Shown here one piece after another: positions 24,165-37,147 of a DNA stretch of 64,000 nt (positions are counted from its first letter, which is position 1; each line of letters starts with the position of its first letter). The notes beneath the pieces were generated by a model. That model did no database searches. It had not been told where the DNA came from and saw only the letters and a program-made list of their open reading frames with translations. Where the stretch lies: positions 2,046,001-2,110,000 of the forward strand of contig ML978125.1 in assembly GCA_010015805.1 (NCBI GenBank), in the 5' to 3' direction. A program made the position numbers and the translations under genes. Origin of the DNA: Rhizodiscina lignyota. Its lineage: Eukaryota.

Positions 24165-26729
24165 CTATATATTCAATACCTCCTCCTCGCCGCCCACAGC
24201 CCCAATATCCCCCGTGCTTCCCCAACCGCCAACGAAGTACCCATCACTAGTTTGATTCTTCGCCTTCGGAGGCTGTGGCCACTTATCAAGCGTCACCAGC
24301 TCTCCTGTAAGCCGGAATGCTAGCTTTGCCATGGGCTGCACATCGATCAACATCTCATACTCGCCGGGATACAGCACTCTGTCTCCATTCTCCGCCACAC
24401 GTGACAGCGAGCCGAGAGTGATATTCAAAGTTGCCGTGGCGGTATCTCCCGGGGCGATATCGTGCAGGCGCTGGTATGAAACGAGCGTCTTCTTCGGATA
24501 CGGCCTGGGCCCGAAAGAGCCGGCCAGGAATCCAAGCGTCACGTAGTCTGAGGTCACGGAATCGCCAATGTTCTTGACGTGGACTGGGATCTGCGCAAAG
24601 GGGCACTGGTCCTTGTACTTGACTGACGACGAACCATAGCCATGATGGCCATTGCAGGAGCGCATGAGCTGCGCAATGTCGAAGGAGGAGCCGTGGATTG
24701 CTTTGCTCGGAATAGACACGCTGAAGTTGGTGTAGTGCAGTCCAAAGCCAAACTCGGCAATCGGCTTCCCCGTATACCAGCGGTATGTCCGACCAGGATT
24801 GTTCGGGCCGGGACGAAGGCTCATATCCGTCATGGGGACTTGCGCGATGTAATTTGCTGGATACTGCGTATACGGAAGTCGACCCGCAGGAGACTGCTTG
24901 CCAAGGATAAGATCGAACAGCGCAGTGCCACCATCTTGTCCAGGATATCCTCCCCACATCAGAGCACTGATGTTGGGATTTTGAAGAATCGGGCTGTTAT
25001 CCATAGATCCGGCACCCATCTGTAGTACGATCATCGGCTTTCCCATCATGGCGAGCTGGCCGATCATATCGAGCTGAGCGCCCTGCCACCCAATGACCAT
25101 GCGATCCATTCCCTCTCCTTCCTCACTATTATCGATACCACCAGCGAAAATGATAATGTCGGACTTGTTGGCAGCATCCCAAACAGGGAGCCAATTGTTC
25201 GTAGTTGGATCACGCCAGCGACCGAGGCCTGCAGCGTAGTTGATGGTCTTATTGAGTTGCTGAGCTGCGTATAGTGGACCATGCAGGAACTCGGCTATTC
25301 CTGCGTAGTTCCCCTGCATCTGAGTGGTTGCATTGGCCCAGTCATCGCCCAAGAGTGCAATTGAATCGTATGAATCAATGTTCAAAGGTAAGAGACCATC
25401 GTTCTTCAGCAGCACAATGCCCTCAACCGCGGCTTTGTACGCTACTTCCTGAGCATGTGGAGTCGCAACATCAGACCAGCCCAATGATCTATACGGCTGA
25501 TTTTCTGGTGGATCGAAGTAGCCAGCTCGGATAAGGGATGAATATTGCCGAATCAGCGCTTGCGTCACGGTCGTCTCATTGATCAGACCCTGCGCATAAG
25601 CCGCCGGTAGATGGTTCTGGTAATACGTTCCGCAATTCACGTCGCATCCGGCGTTGAGGGCGTCTGCCGCAGCCGCCTCCCGAGTCGACTCGTGCATATG
25701 TGGAAGGTAGATGTTCTGCACAGCATCACAATCAGAGACGACCCACTGCTGCTCCTTCGTCCAGCCCCAGTGCTCTCGTAAGACCGTTTGAAGGAGATAA
25801 GGGTCTGCGCAGGTAGGTGTCCCTCGCATGGCGCCGTATGAGCACATGATAGCTCCGACATTTGAATCCCGAGCGCAGCTTTGAAATGGAGGCAAAAAAA
25901 ATTCGACCATATCCTGCGTTGAAATTTCTGCATTGAACTGGAACCTATAATTTCCGGCCCATGTTTCCATGTCGTAACCGGCAAAATGCTTGCAGGTCGC
26001 AATGATACGCTTATACTTGGGATCATAGCCTCCTTGGAGTCCATCGATCAAGGCATGAACGTACGATGCTAGATGATAAGGATCTTCTCCGGGAGTCTCT
26101 TGGCCTCTGCCCCATCGCGGGTCCCGGAAGGGATTAATGTTGGGCGTCTGTTCATTCTCAGTAACCAACGAAGCCGTGACAAGAGCCATCGTACCCAGAA
26201 GTCCAGACCCGCACGCTTCGCATTATTGAACGCACGAGCCTCAATACTTATAACAGTGGCCACCGCATTGATTAGATCATCGTCAAATGCCGCGCCCATT
26301 GTAATTGGTTGTGGGAACGACGTTGCATAGCTGAAATCTCCCGAGGCACTGAAGTTGACTCCATGTCCGGAAGCGACGCCATGTAGTGCTTCCTGATGAA
26401 GTAAGTTAACGCAATTCAACAATGTAATAGTGTATTTACCTGCCACCACTGGTAGTCAGGTAGCCCGAGACGTGGTACACCGGGGCTGGTACTTCCAGTA
26501 TTGTTGATTTTCTCTTCGATCGTCAAGAGGTCGATCAATGCCGTAGCCCGCGCCAATGGGTCTATTTATGATCAGAAACGAGTAGTGCCACACGATCAGT
26601 GGCTCAATTACCTTTGTCTATGTCACAGACGGCATTGTTCTTCAGCGGACCATTTTTGCAATCTGGAAATCCAATGGACACTACTTGATGGACAAATGAA
26701 AGCACGACCACGCTCCAAAGAACTGCCAT
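24165..26729 (-). CDS. Secreted GH3 beta-xylosidase (XlnD/BxlB-like)
   Basis: Signal peptide MAVLWSVVVLSFVHQVVS, then FPDCKNGPLKNNAVCD, EALHGVA, TPNINPFRDPRWGRGQETPGED, CKHFAGYD, VSDCDAV (nucleophile Asp), IVLLKNDG, FGFGLHYT. Confidence 0.93.
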
Positions 26730-27602
26730 TGCAAGTTGATCACGAATGATTTCCAAAGGGTAAGCGAGGGACAAACGAAAGAGAATATGCCATAGTTATA
26801 ATCCCACAATACCGGTAATGCGGCATGCAGTTGCAGAGAACTACCGGTGCCAAGATGAAGGAACGATGAAATCGAACACGGTGAGTGACTGATCAACAGG
26901 AACGTATGCGGGGAGAAACTGCAGCGCGCAAGGTACACTACCATGGTGTCGACCCGGGATCTCGGGGTTATGGTGCAGATTTGCAGCCTGCGAACGATTG
27001 ACACGAGATGCTTCGGCATGCCCTCCGTTACTTAGAGCGAAGTTCCAACAGCTTAATTGACAATTACGTCGTGCGCATGTCCGGCATCATACAGCCGCGC
27101 TCTCCATGAGGAGAAGCAGTTTAACCGTGAAAGTGAGGGATGGAGTGAGGTTGATATTGAGTTTCTTAGGCGGGAGGCGGACCACAAGCCTTGGCAGCCC
27201 TCCGCTCATGCATTCAGGCTGAATACGAGCGGCTGCAAACATTATTTTGGCGAGAAATACTGTAATAGATTGCTGCTCGACGTACTCATGGGCATTGCTC
27301 CTTGACTCGTGGTTGACGCTGGACAGGTAGTGCAAAGGAGGAAATCCAGGCTGACCGGCTATTCAAGAATAAGCAATTCAGCCAGCGACCATCGTTGTTA
27401 TTAGAAGACTCGGTTTGGCATTGGTTCCATTTCTGCAAATACAGCGTTGAAGCAGCCGCAGGCTTCATCAAATTAAGAACAGATGCAAGGCTCTTCTGAG
27501 TATTGTACCTAAGACGAAAGGCAGTGAGCCTATGCCCAAAGAGGACTTAGGTTATAATGTGGCTTAGCGTGGCTCAGCAATGAGGCTTGCCATGTCCAAG
27601 CA

Positions 27603-27750
27603 CGAGGGTGACAAAATAGTTGAGTCCTGTGGAGTTCGTTTATCTAAAACACGCAGCTTCAGCGTGTATAACTTATATTAACTATCGAGGATATACATCC
27701 TCGCAGTTCTATATATTACAGTTATGACTTAACTATTTTATCACCCACTT
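27603..27750. mobile_element. MITE-like 148-bp insert with 21-bp terminal inverted repeats, flanked by 18-bp direct repeats
   Basis: GGGTGACAAAATAGTTGAGTC (27606-27626) versus GACTTAACTATTTTATCACCC (27726-27746), 19/21 complementary; GCTTGCCATGTCCAAGCA at 27585-27602 and 27751-27768. Confidence 0.65.
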
Positions 27751-27772
27751 GCTTGCCATGTCCAAGCAGCTC

Positions 27773-28507
27773 TCAGAAAACGTACGAAAGCCACCACACT
27801 GGTCCTGCTCTCTGCCGAATATGGGGAGTAGTAACCTTCGGGCGATTAATGCCGCTAATGATACCCTCATATGTTCGAGCGCGGCCGAACATACCGTGCG
27901 CCCTCTCATCCTTGGCAATGGAAGAGCCAACATAGCTGTCACCATCATCCATGCCGTCAGAAGTACGACGCACACGTTCCAGTACACACCCCAACTGGTA
28001 AGCGTACTCGGGAGCACCTAGGAATAGCGCAAATGTCATCGTATGTGAGGTAAGGTTGATCCAGTATTGCAGCAGCGTCCTCCGTGACTGCATCAACAAG
28101 CTCATCGGTGAGCCACTCGGTATTAACATCTTTGAAGAGACGACGGAATACAAGCGAGGCGGAGAAGTCTTCGTCGGGTATGGCCTCCTGAATAGTCCAT
28201 AAGATGATGGCGAAACCGCGACGAAGCTCCTTACGGTCACAGACTGATCTCTTGCCTTTGGTAACATTGCGCATGTCCAGCGAATTGAGCCGTAAAAAGA
28301 TAGAACCGGACGAGACTCTGCGGAGTCTCTTGAGTGGGTTGCGAGGTGGTCCACGTTGAGGTTGCGGCGGTCCATCGTGCTTGTCATCGTACTCTTCATC
28401 TAGCTCTTCACCCAGTCCGTCATATACACGATCGTATTCATCTTCAGAGTCGTCTTCGAGGGCATCATCGTAGAGAACATGATCATGATCATCCGCGACA
28501 ACAAAGG
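27773..28507 (-). pseudogene. Frameshifted GIY-YIG endonuclease-like pseudogene
   Basis: Acidic N-terminal frame open ~28507-27957; WGVY in a second frame (27993-27982); YVGSS...GMFGRARTYE in the third frame (from 27934). Confidence 0.5.
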
Positions 28508-28592
28508 CTTACTTGTAGACATTATGAGAGACCCTATAAAGACAGATAAAATCATCTCTTCGTCTGGTCGCAAGGCTTCAGTATTATACGCA

Positions 28593-30803
28593 TCATCCCA
28601 TGACCGTTTCCCATCCTCGATCTAGTACTACATCCAACCAAAACACCCCTTGACCACCCCCAAGCCCTGCTCCTAAATCCGAGCACATACCAAGGTCGTC
28701 TTCAGACCCTTCCGCACCTAAGAGTTCGTCAAATCGCCGCCAAACTTCTCGGACAATCTCTAACATCCTCCTCACGGGCTTGGCGGGTAGTCTTCGCGCA
28801 TGCTCCTCCAACCTCTGCTCTGCGAAGGTCCTGGCGTGGGCCACTTTCGCATCGTCACTCGAAGGGTCGAAGAAATCGAGGTTAATACCGTAAGGCGCAG
28901 CGGACGAGGTGAAGCGTAGCTCGGATGCGGTGATGACAATGAGCATCAGTTGCAAGAAGCGCGTTCCCGACTCAGACGGAAGGGATTCAATAAGCGAGAG
29001 AGTATGTGTGGCCAGGGAATTAAGGAATGCTATATTGCTCTTCGGAGTTGATATGGTGGCTTCAGAACTTCCGGGGTAGTTGGTGGTGGTATCGAGAGGC
29101 CAAGAGAAAGATGAAAATTCTTCAAACGACGATGAAGATGGAGAAGGATCTGATTCCGCTGCTTCCGGTCCGAGTCTCTTGGTGAGCATATCCGGGAAGA
29201 TCCTGTAGAGATCCAGCAGAGCTGCACAACGCGTTGCCTCTGCGATGATGAGAAAGTCCTTCTTCGAAGTTTTCTCATCACCGACGTCGACGAGAGACTC
29301 GGGATCTGGGGGTTCGATTGAGAGAAGCTCTTCTTCAAGAGCTTGAGCGACTGAAAACCGGCGTTGAGAGGCGGCCAGATGTGCCTCCAGATCCAAAAGT
29401 TCGGTACGGTACGACATTCGTTCTTCGCGGACCAGCCGACCGACTTCAGCGAGTAAGATCTGTGCACGAGGCGCCACACCTGTCCAAGGATGAGGCAAGA
29501 CCTTTGATTCAGAACTCTGGGGGCCTTGTTGTGGAAGAGGGAAGTGATGTTGTGTTGGCGGTGCGATAGGAGGTGCCCCAGTCTCCTCAACAGCTGGCGC
29601 AACATATCCCATCATCATTTCCCAGTATACGAGAGCTTCCTCGAAGAATTGATCTTGACGCTGTTGCTCTTTGGTCTCCATCGGTTTATCTTGCAGTAGC
29701 TTGTTGCACATTAGAGTTCTTGCTGCCCTGAGATACCCCAGGCCCAGGTCGTTTGGCCGATGCCAACATGCAGACAATCCCAGTAGTAGGAGTGTCAGTA
29801 AAGAACGGTCGGGCTTCGTCTCTCCGGAGACCGCCAGTTGAAGTTCTTGCTCCAAACTCTCCCCAGCCTTCTTCTGCATTTCAACACCAACTACGGACAT
29901 CTGCGGATAAGTATTCGCGAGATGAGCAGCTGCCATGCTTTGTATGGCATAATATATCGGCGCTGAATCGGTCCACAGACGTGATATGGTCATTCGAAAA
30001 GGATTCAGACTTGAATCAAACGAAGAAAAAATCGTACAAACGTCCTGAAAGTAATGTTGAATCAAATAACTGCCGGTATCCATCAACGCTGCTTGCGGTG
30101 TGGCTGGGGGCAACCGATAGAAAGTCCTGAGCAGTGCCTTAGACTGAGGTTCTGCACTAGCTTGATTCTGAGAAGCAGTCTGCAGGCCGCTATTTTGCAG
30201 GAGCGCGAATAGCGGACTTTCGTCGATTGATAAGAAGTCCTCGTCGGAGGACCGCGGAAGCTCGATTACATCGTCGTCTTCCTGCGTCCTTTGCTCAGTT
30301 GTTGCAGCTGCGGCATTTGTGATTTCAGGATCAATTTCAGTCGGTGGCGTCTTTCTTGCTCGCTTCGTCGCTCTCTCGTCAGGGAAATCTTCGGTCAGAC
30401 TCTCCGGAAACGGCAACGTTGGCGATGCATCTTTCGCTGCGGCTGAGGTTGTGGAAATTGGACTGGCAGAGAAGTTCGATGAATAATCCGATTGTTGAAA
30501 TGTTGCTCTAGACTTCCGAGGTTGTTTGTGAACCTCGTGCTTCGTCGACCACTTTAGCACTTTGGTATATCCTGGACAGTCGTTGCCTCGACGGATGCAG
30601 TTCTTGCATGCTGGTCTCGTCTCGTCGCACTTGAGCTATGATCTCCCTTAGTACTACTGCCCAATAAAGCCCGGTGGTTAACAAAGCGCATATAGTTCAC
30701 CTACCTTTCTAACTTTGCACTGCTGACAACCATTCCTCGATTTTGGAAGTCTCCGAGGGTTGACGGCAGGGGTGTCCGGTTTTGCGATAGCTGTTTCCGT
30801 CAT
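28593..30803 (-). CDS. Zn(II)2Cys6 transcription factor with fungal TF middle-homology domain
   Basis: KSRNGCQQCKVRK|intron 30636-30704|LKCDETRPACKNCIRRGNDCPGY; HYF...FDSSLNPFR; ends WLDVVLDRGWETVMG. Confidence 0.92.
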
Positions 30804-31555
30804 GCTTCCGAGTCTTCCAAGTGCAGTTAATGCAGCGGCCAAAGACTCTTCATTGCTTCTTTGATAGGAGGTCGTCCACGTGCTCGGCGCCGCAAGGTCT
30901 CATCACAATCGGAAGCGTGATAGAGGGGAAGAGTTCATGCGCATGGAACGGCGGGGCTTGGTGGCAGCGGAGCGGAAACATTCCCGCCTCAGCCCTACCG
31001 GAATAGCGTCAAGTTTTCTTCACCTAGCATCACGTGCCCTCGGTGAGCCCATGCCTTCAACCTCTCGTGTGAGACATACATGTGTTTCGCATGGATGACT
31101 ATGGCCGCGTCCTCGGACAGCCGACCGTCCGAAGATCGGGAAAATGATCTCGAAGGGACACGCGCGTAGCTGGGCTATTTTCAGAGACGACCAAGCCAGT
31201 AAGCAGCCACCCGGTCGAGGGACGTCCTCAGCCACTAAGCATCCCTCGCACTGCGCGTTAAGTTCGTGCTCATCCCAGTGCGCAATCTACCCTTCAGCTT
31301 GCAAACGCTCTTAACTCTTTAAGCATTTCCGCTGGATAGACTAGCCCCCATACGCTGGGGGATGCCTTCAGAAGGTGAAACGTACCTGTTCATTTAAAGT
31401 GTACCCCATCTCGTCTCTCCCGAAGTTCCTCACCTCACTTTTGCACCATATACGCGAGCGTATACCTCTATCTCTATCTCGTACAGTCTTCTCTACCTTC
31501 GATTCTTACCGTTCCTTTACGTTGCGATCGTCACGAGGCTCCGGAAGCTTTGAAG

Positions 31556-32524
31556 ATGGCATCCTTGTCCGCTCCTGAAGCACCCTACCAGCCTTTTCGG
31601 CCCGGATCTGGAAGCTCAAGCACTCCTCTGAAGGCCATGACGCTCGTCGATGCGCATGGCTATAGCCCTTCACATGCTGGACATTTCGAGGGTGATCGCG
31701 TGTACGACAATAACGAATTCCAGTTCCAGTACGAACAAGTCAGCAGAGATGATGCCGTAAGTTCTGTCTCCGCTTGGAAATGGGCACCCATGTCGGATAA
31801 GCGAGTCACTTACAAATTTACAGATCCTTAAGCACCGGATTCGCATTCTTAAGGTGACTTCCAGGACGATCGCGACATTGCTTAGTATTGGCTCTTTGAT
31901 CCCTGTGGCTCTCACTTTACATAAATTCCTCTCGACCCAAAACACGTTTAAGGATGTCAAAACCGCCAGCGGCAGTACAGTTCACCGCACCGCCTGGGCT
32001 TTCGGCACCAGGGCATGGCCAACGTTCATGTACGTGGCCGTGGCCGCAGTGTCGGTGACCCTAAATGCGGTAGTCATGATTTCGTACCTTCGAGGAATTA
32101 GGAATGCAAACAGAGCTGCAAAAGTTGCCTCAGTGTTCAGCTGGATCGTCATCCTTGGAAATCTCGGTGTATGGATTGCCGCAGCAGCGATATATCGGCA
32201 GCAGAAGGACTTCAAAGGCAAGAGCAACGACTTATGGGGCTGGACGTGCAGTGCTGGCGCCCAGGAAATCCAAAAGGTCTTCAAGGATCAGATTAACTTC
32301 AATCAATATTGCACAACACAGGTACGTGAATGAGAGGCGGATAATGTTTCAAGATCTTGTTGCTAAACTGTAAACAGTCCATTTCGTGGTACTTTGGCCT
32401 CGCACAAGGAGGAGCAGCTATCCTCTCTGTCATCATCTACATCATGGCGATTCAACGATTGCGGTCGAAGAAGCAGATGACCAAGGGTTACAACGCATCG
32501 GTCAGGTCATACGAGAGGATTTGA
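31556..32524 (+). CDS. Four-TM membrane protein, HAM-8-like family
   Basis: Introns ~31757-31823 and ~32322-32377; RTAWA..TRAWPT, NDLWGWTCS, INFNQYC motifs and hydrophobic helices. Family name is from recall only. Confidence 0.6.
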
Positions 32525-32695
32525 TTGGAATGACATGACTTTCATGATGCATGAATTAATACTGGAATTTTACGACATGCATAGCGTATGGTGCTTGGCT
32601 ATTGGGAATGCGCTTTTAAATTTTTACTCTTGTACACACTACCAACATACCCAACAAATATTATGATGTATTGTAATTCATCACATCTGGCCCTC

Positions 32696-33096
32696 TCAAA
32701 GATCTTCAATTTTGTAGACCTCGTACGCGGGTTCCTCGTATGGATGCGCACTAGTTGTAGTAAGTTCAGAATGTCGAAAGCATAGAGTGATATGGGATCA
32801 AGGCTACATTACCCCTTGAGCGCCTCCACCGCCTTTACAGCCACATCTCGTCCCACGCAGAGAGTCTCGCATTTCACCTCTCCGACCTCCTCGAGCTTTC
32901 CTCGTTCTCCGATGTTTGGATTCGCTGCATCGCCCGGTCGAAATTGGCCCACACCAGGCGTCGTGAAACAGCACTCTGTGTAGTTTCCAGGGCCGGGATA
33001 ACATCCTGCGCCAGCTGAGAATATGGCTGTCTTGATAGCCGGTAAAGCAGTAGGAGGGCAGAAGAAGACGAGCTTGTAGCGTGCGGGGAGCGCCAT
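32696..33096 (-). CDS. Small NIF3/YqfO PII-like domain protein
   Basis: YKLVFFCP...AGAG...GNYTECCF...GVGQFRP...ANPNIG; intron 32751-32812; AHPYEEPAYEVY. Confidence 0.85.
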
Positions 33097-33487
33097 GTCT
33101 GAAATTTTGCGTAATCAAACCAGTAGTATTCAATGGCCAGATCCGAATCGTCTAAGTATGACGTTGGAAAGGCGATGGGAAGTTCTACCGTGTCGGATGC
33201 TACCTCAATCCTACCGCTTGTATGATATGACTTTCCCCATTTATCCTCACCCAGCATTCGCGATTAAAATATCAAGGTGGGACAGAATACGCTCCTCGCA
33301 TTGGTCTATTCTACTCGACATCTTGAAAATATTAACGATTCGGATGCATTGTTTCTGCCCACAGAGCTTGTCTGGCATCTCGTTATTAAAACCTAACAAG
33401 ACAATGGATATATGCAGACGCTCAGAGCCTCATATGCAACCCCAGCTACTATTCCCGCTATCATAATCACTCAGATCCCAAAAATTA

Positions 33488-35385
33488 CTACGCTGCTCCA
33501 TTCACTCTCGTCACATCCATGCTCCTCTTCGCATCTAAGCTCTGTTTCATCGGCGTTGCCGGCGCCGTAGTAAACCTTTCATCTTCATCCATATCCGGAG
33601 CTCCGGTGAAGTCCTTCAACATCCCTGTCCTATCGTACAGACTCCTCGCTCTGACGTACGGATCCAACTGCCAGTAGTTGTCCCGCAAGTCCGCCGCGAT
33701 CTCGTTTCTTTCATTCGCGATTCGCAGTTGATCCTCCTTTGCTACGTTTTGTGACTTATCATATGCGTATACCCACTCCATAGTTTTTTCCTCATACTGC
33801 TTCACCATCTCCATCCTCTCGTCTTGAAGTTTCTCTCGCCTTGCACTATCCTTCATCGCATTGTTTTCACCGGGTACCGGTTCAACGTACTTGTAAGTCC
33901 AGTCTACCTCACCACCCAGTTCTTTAATGATATTCGACTTCGGAATAAACTGTTCCAGGTCGGACTGGGATTTAGTAAAGTGGATTTTGGACGCGACAAC
34001 GGGGTCGAGCCAGCCGCGGATAATAGACCAGATTGAGGAGAAAAGCCAGGGTGCACGGTGGACGAGTACGGCGCCTAGAGACTCTGGATAGTTTGCTTCG
34101 AAACATTTGATCATGAATTTGACTGGTGTATAGTCCTGTTATCGGTGTTAGCATTAAATCTGCTTTTCAACAAATGACTTTACGATTAACGCACCATGTT
34201 TGACAGTGAAAAATCCGTCATATCGAAAATGATCGTCGCCGTATCGACCGGTGGTTTCAGGAACATCCTAGCTGTTTCGATCGTGTACACTGTGAATCTT
34301 TCCAAACTCGCCTCGCTCTGCTCGCCTTGTCTGTGCAAGCGCACCCTCACAAAGCACATCGGTCTTCCTTCCTTATCCACGCCTCTTAAAAAGCTCTTGC
34401 CCATCCGGATCTGCGTCATGAAGTCTTCTCCGTCCTTTGGGGACGCTGCGCTTTCCTCGCCTTTGGCTGCTTTTATCATGCCCTCCTCGCCTTCCAACAT
34501 TATGTCCGAGTCCACCTTAGCTTCCGATAATCGCCAATGCATGGTTGAAATCATCATTACAAGCGCAGCTTGTACATCCCACTTTCGAGCGCGGAGAAAT
34601 CTGAGGAGGAGGCCGTCAGGATGATCGTGCTTGGTCATGTCCCACATAGCCTTGCGGATGTCCTCTCCCGAGAGCGACGCCATCGCTACTTTGAAAGCCT
34701 TTGTCTGACCATGCTTGTCATTCTCGCCAACATGCGAGACAATGTCGTTGACGCTTGGCGTCGCCGTTCCAGACGTTGGCACCGAGCTTGCGTCTGAGCC
34801 GCGCCTCTTCTTGTCCTTATCCTTATCCTTATCTTTCTTGAAGACACTAAAGCGCTTCTTCTTTTTGATTGTGTCGGCGGACTCGCCTGTTGTGCTTGTC
34901 CTTGAGAGCGGCTTCATCATGCCATTGGGGCTAGACGTCAGTGAATCTTTCGGAGGATATAATGCTGCAACCCCGAAGAGCTTCAGGGTCATTGACCACA
35001 TCTCCCGCAGTCTTGCTTCCTGCTCAGGAGTGAGGTTGCCGGGCCGGCCGGGCTGTATTTGCGAAGGCATGCCGAGAAGATCTGTTAAGAAGAGGTCGCT
35101 TTCAAGAATGGAGGATGTCTGCTGCGTATCAACTTCGCGCTCGCTGCGCAAATCGGCGAAGCTGTGATATTGAGAGTATATAGCAACGCAGCCAATTGCT
35201 AGGCCGAAAGTAATTGCAACAGCTGTTGGGCCTACTGTGCTCTGTCGGACAACTCTAGGACTTGCGACGCGGCTAAACTGTGCGCTTCGATGGATAGTCG
35301 CGAAGGATGTATAATTGATTTGAGGTCGAGTGGAAGAAAATATGGTCTTCAGCGCAGTATGTTTCGGCGGATAGCGTAGGAACAT
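33488..35385 (-). CDS. CRAL-TRIO (Sec14-like, Csr1-type) lipid transfer protein; alternative start at 35070
   Basis: PGRPGNLTPEQE, HDHPDGLLLRFLRARKWDV, FDMTDFSLSNM|DY, CFEANYPESLG, WLDPVVASKIHF; intron ~34136-34193. Confidence 0.92.
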
Positions 35386-35779
35386 CTACGAGAGCAATCT
35401 TCTGGCGCGGCGCTCCGATTTCATATGTGACGCTTGCTCAGAAATTCTTGGTGGAGCGGAAGCGGCGGAGGGGCTCATGCGACACATGCAAGATGACGGC
35501 TTTCGCGTCGATTGGAAGGTCCGTTGGATACGGCGGCGACGGAATCGGCGTGGGAGTATATGTTGGAGAATTGAGGATGGAGGCTCGCTCGTGCAATCTG
35601 GGGAAACGCTGTCATTCCTACGCTCCTGCCCCGTAATCAGCGTCGTGAAGATGAAACCGTCAAATCGCATCCATGGACGCCACTAAGCTGCATTCAGTGA
35701 AGGAGCAGGCGACCCCGGAAGCAACCAGCATGTGCTTGGACGCGTCCAAATAAACACCACATCTTTCAACGACCCAACA

Positions 35780-36533
35780 ATGGCCTCGACGACGCCGACA
35801 GGAGATCCAATCCGCCGGGGATCGCGTAATCGCTCCACGAGCCGTGGCCGAAATCCCCCATCGCGACCCACTACGCCGCTTCGACCTGTTTCGAGGACGA
35901 GTTTACGCGACTCTTCTGGCGCCAATGTCTCGTCGCCGCTGGACGCGTTGGAGCCCGCCTTTGCAGAGCTCTCGGACGGCATGGTGGACTTGGAGGCGAA
36001 TTTTATGCACTTACAATTGATGCATGAGAGCTTGGCGCGGTTCAGTGAAAGCTTCGCGGCGTTTCTGTACGGCATGAACATGAACGCGTTTTGCGTTGAT
36101 TTCCCTGAGGTGAGCATCTCGCCCGGTTCGAGACTGGTTACTCACTGCAGTGGGTGGTGATGGCTTTGCTAACGTTCGTCATAGGCGCCGATTCCAGAAT
36201 CTTTCAAACGCGCTCGACAAGCCGAGCAGCTCAACGAGAATCTCAAGAGTTCGATGAACCAACCAGAACCTGAAATTGAGGCCACATTCCTGTGTGTCCA
36301 TCCTTATTCATCACCTTAGAAATCCGAATGCTCACAATCACCGTAGCACGACAGATTCCTTCGTCGAGAACCCGCCATCATCCAAAGCACCATCGAAGTT
36401 CTCAACCCCAGCTCCACCATCCAAAGCTGGAAGAGGTGGATCTGCAAAAGGTGCGACAGCTGGTAGGGGATCAAGAGGAACTACGAGAGGCAGTGGTTTG
36501 GCGCGAGCAACAAGTCGAGGGCGAGGGCGCTGA
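35780..36533 (+). CDS. DAM1: DASH complex subunit Dam1
   Basis: SRPTTPLRP, LEPAFAELSD...LEANFMHLQLMHESLARFSESFAAFLYGMNMNAFCVDFPE|AP; RG-rich tail; two introns. Confidence 0.93.
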
Positions 36534-37147
36534 GACCTGCAGACGACAAGTTCAACTGCGGTATGCAACGGTCGACCATGACTTGATCAGGCATTGCAAC
36601 TGCAATAAGGACAACACAACACCGCATCCGAAACACCAGGCATACCTTTGGCAAGGATCTTCTGAAGAGGACCGATCGACCAACGAATCGGTTGGCGACG
36701 ACCCACTGACCGCTCGAGGTTGGCTGGCTAGATGGACCGATAATGCACATAAAGCATTGCAATAGGCTGGATATTCGGCTTCGCTATGTCGAGCGATGTT
36801 GTCCTGTCAATCAGCTCTCCTTTCCGAACGACCCAAGCCTGTTGAGGGATCTACGGCGCACGAGCAGCGGGGATCCGTGATCATTGTGTAGCCATCCAGG
36901 AAACAAGTGTCACGGCAGCTAGATCCTGCGATATGATGCAAGAGTTATCAAAGACTTAAAGAGACATATTGTAGTATAATGGTAGCACTTTCAAATACTC
37001 GTCTCCTCTGCTATACCAGGAAGCTAAATTTATCTCGATTCCTGTTTCATAATCGTTAGGCCCTCTAACTTTTCTTGTGCGATACCCTCTTCTCTGCTTC
37101 AATAATATTCTTCAGCCTTTATCTACCATTTCACTTGTCATTGAAAG

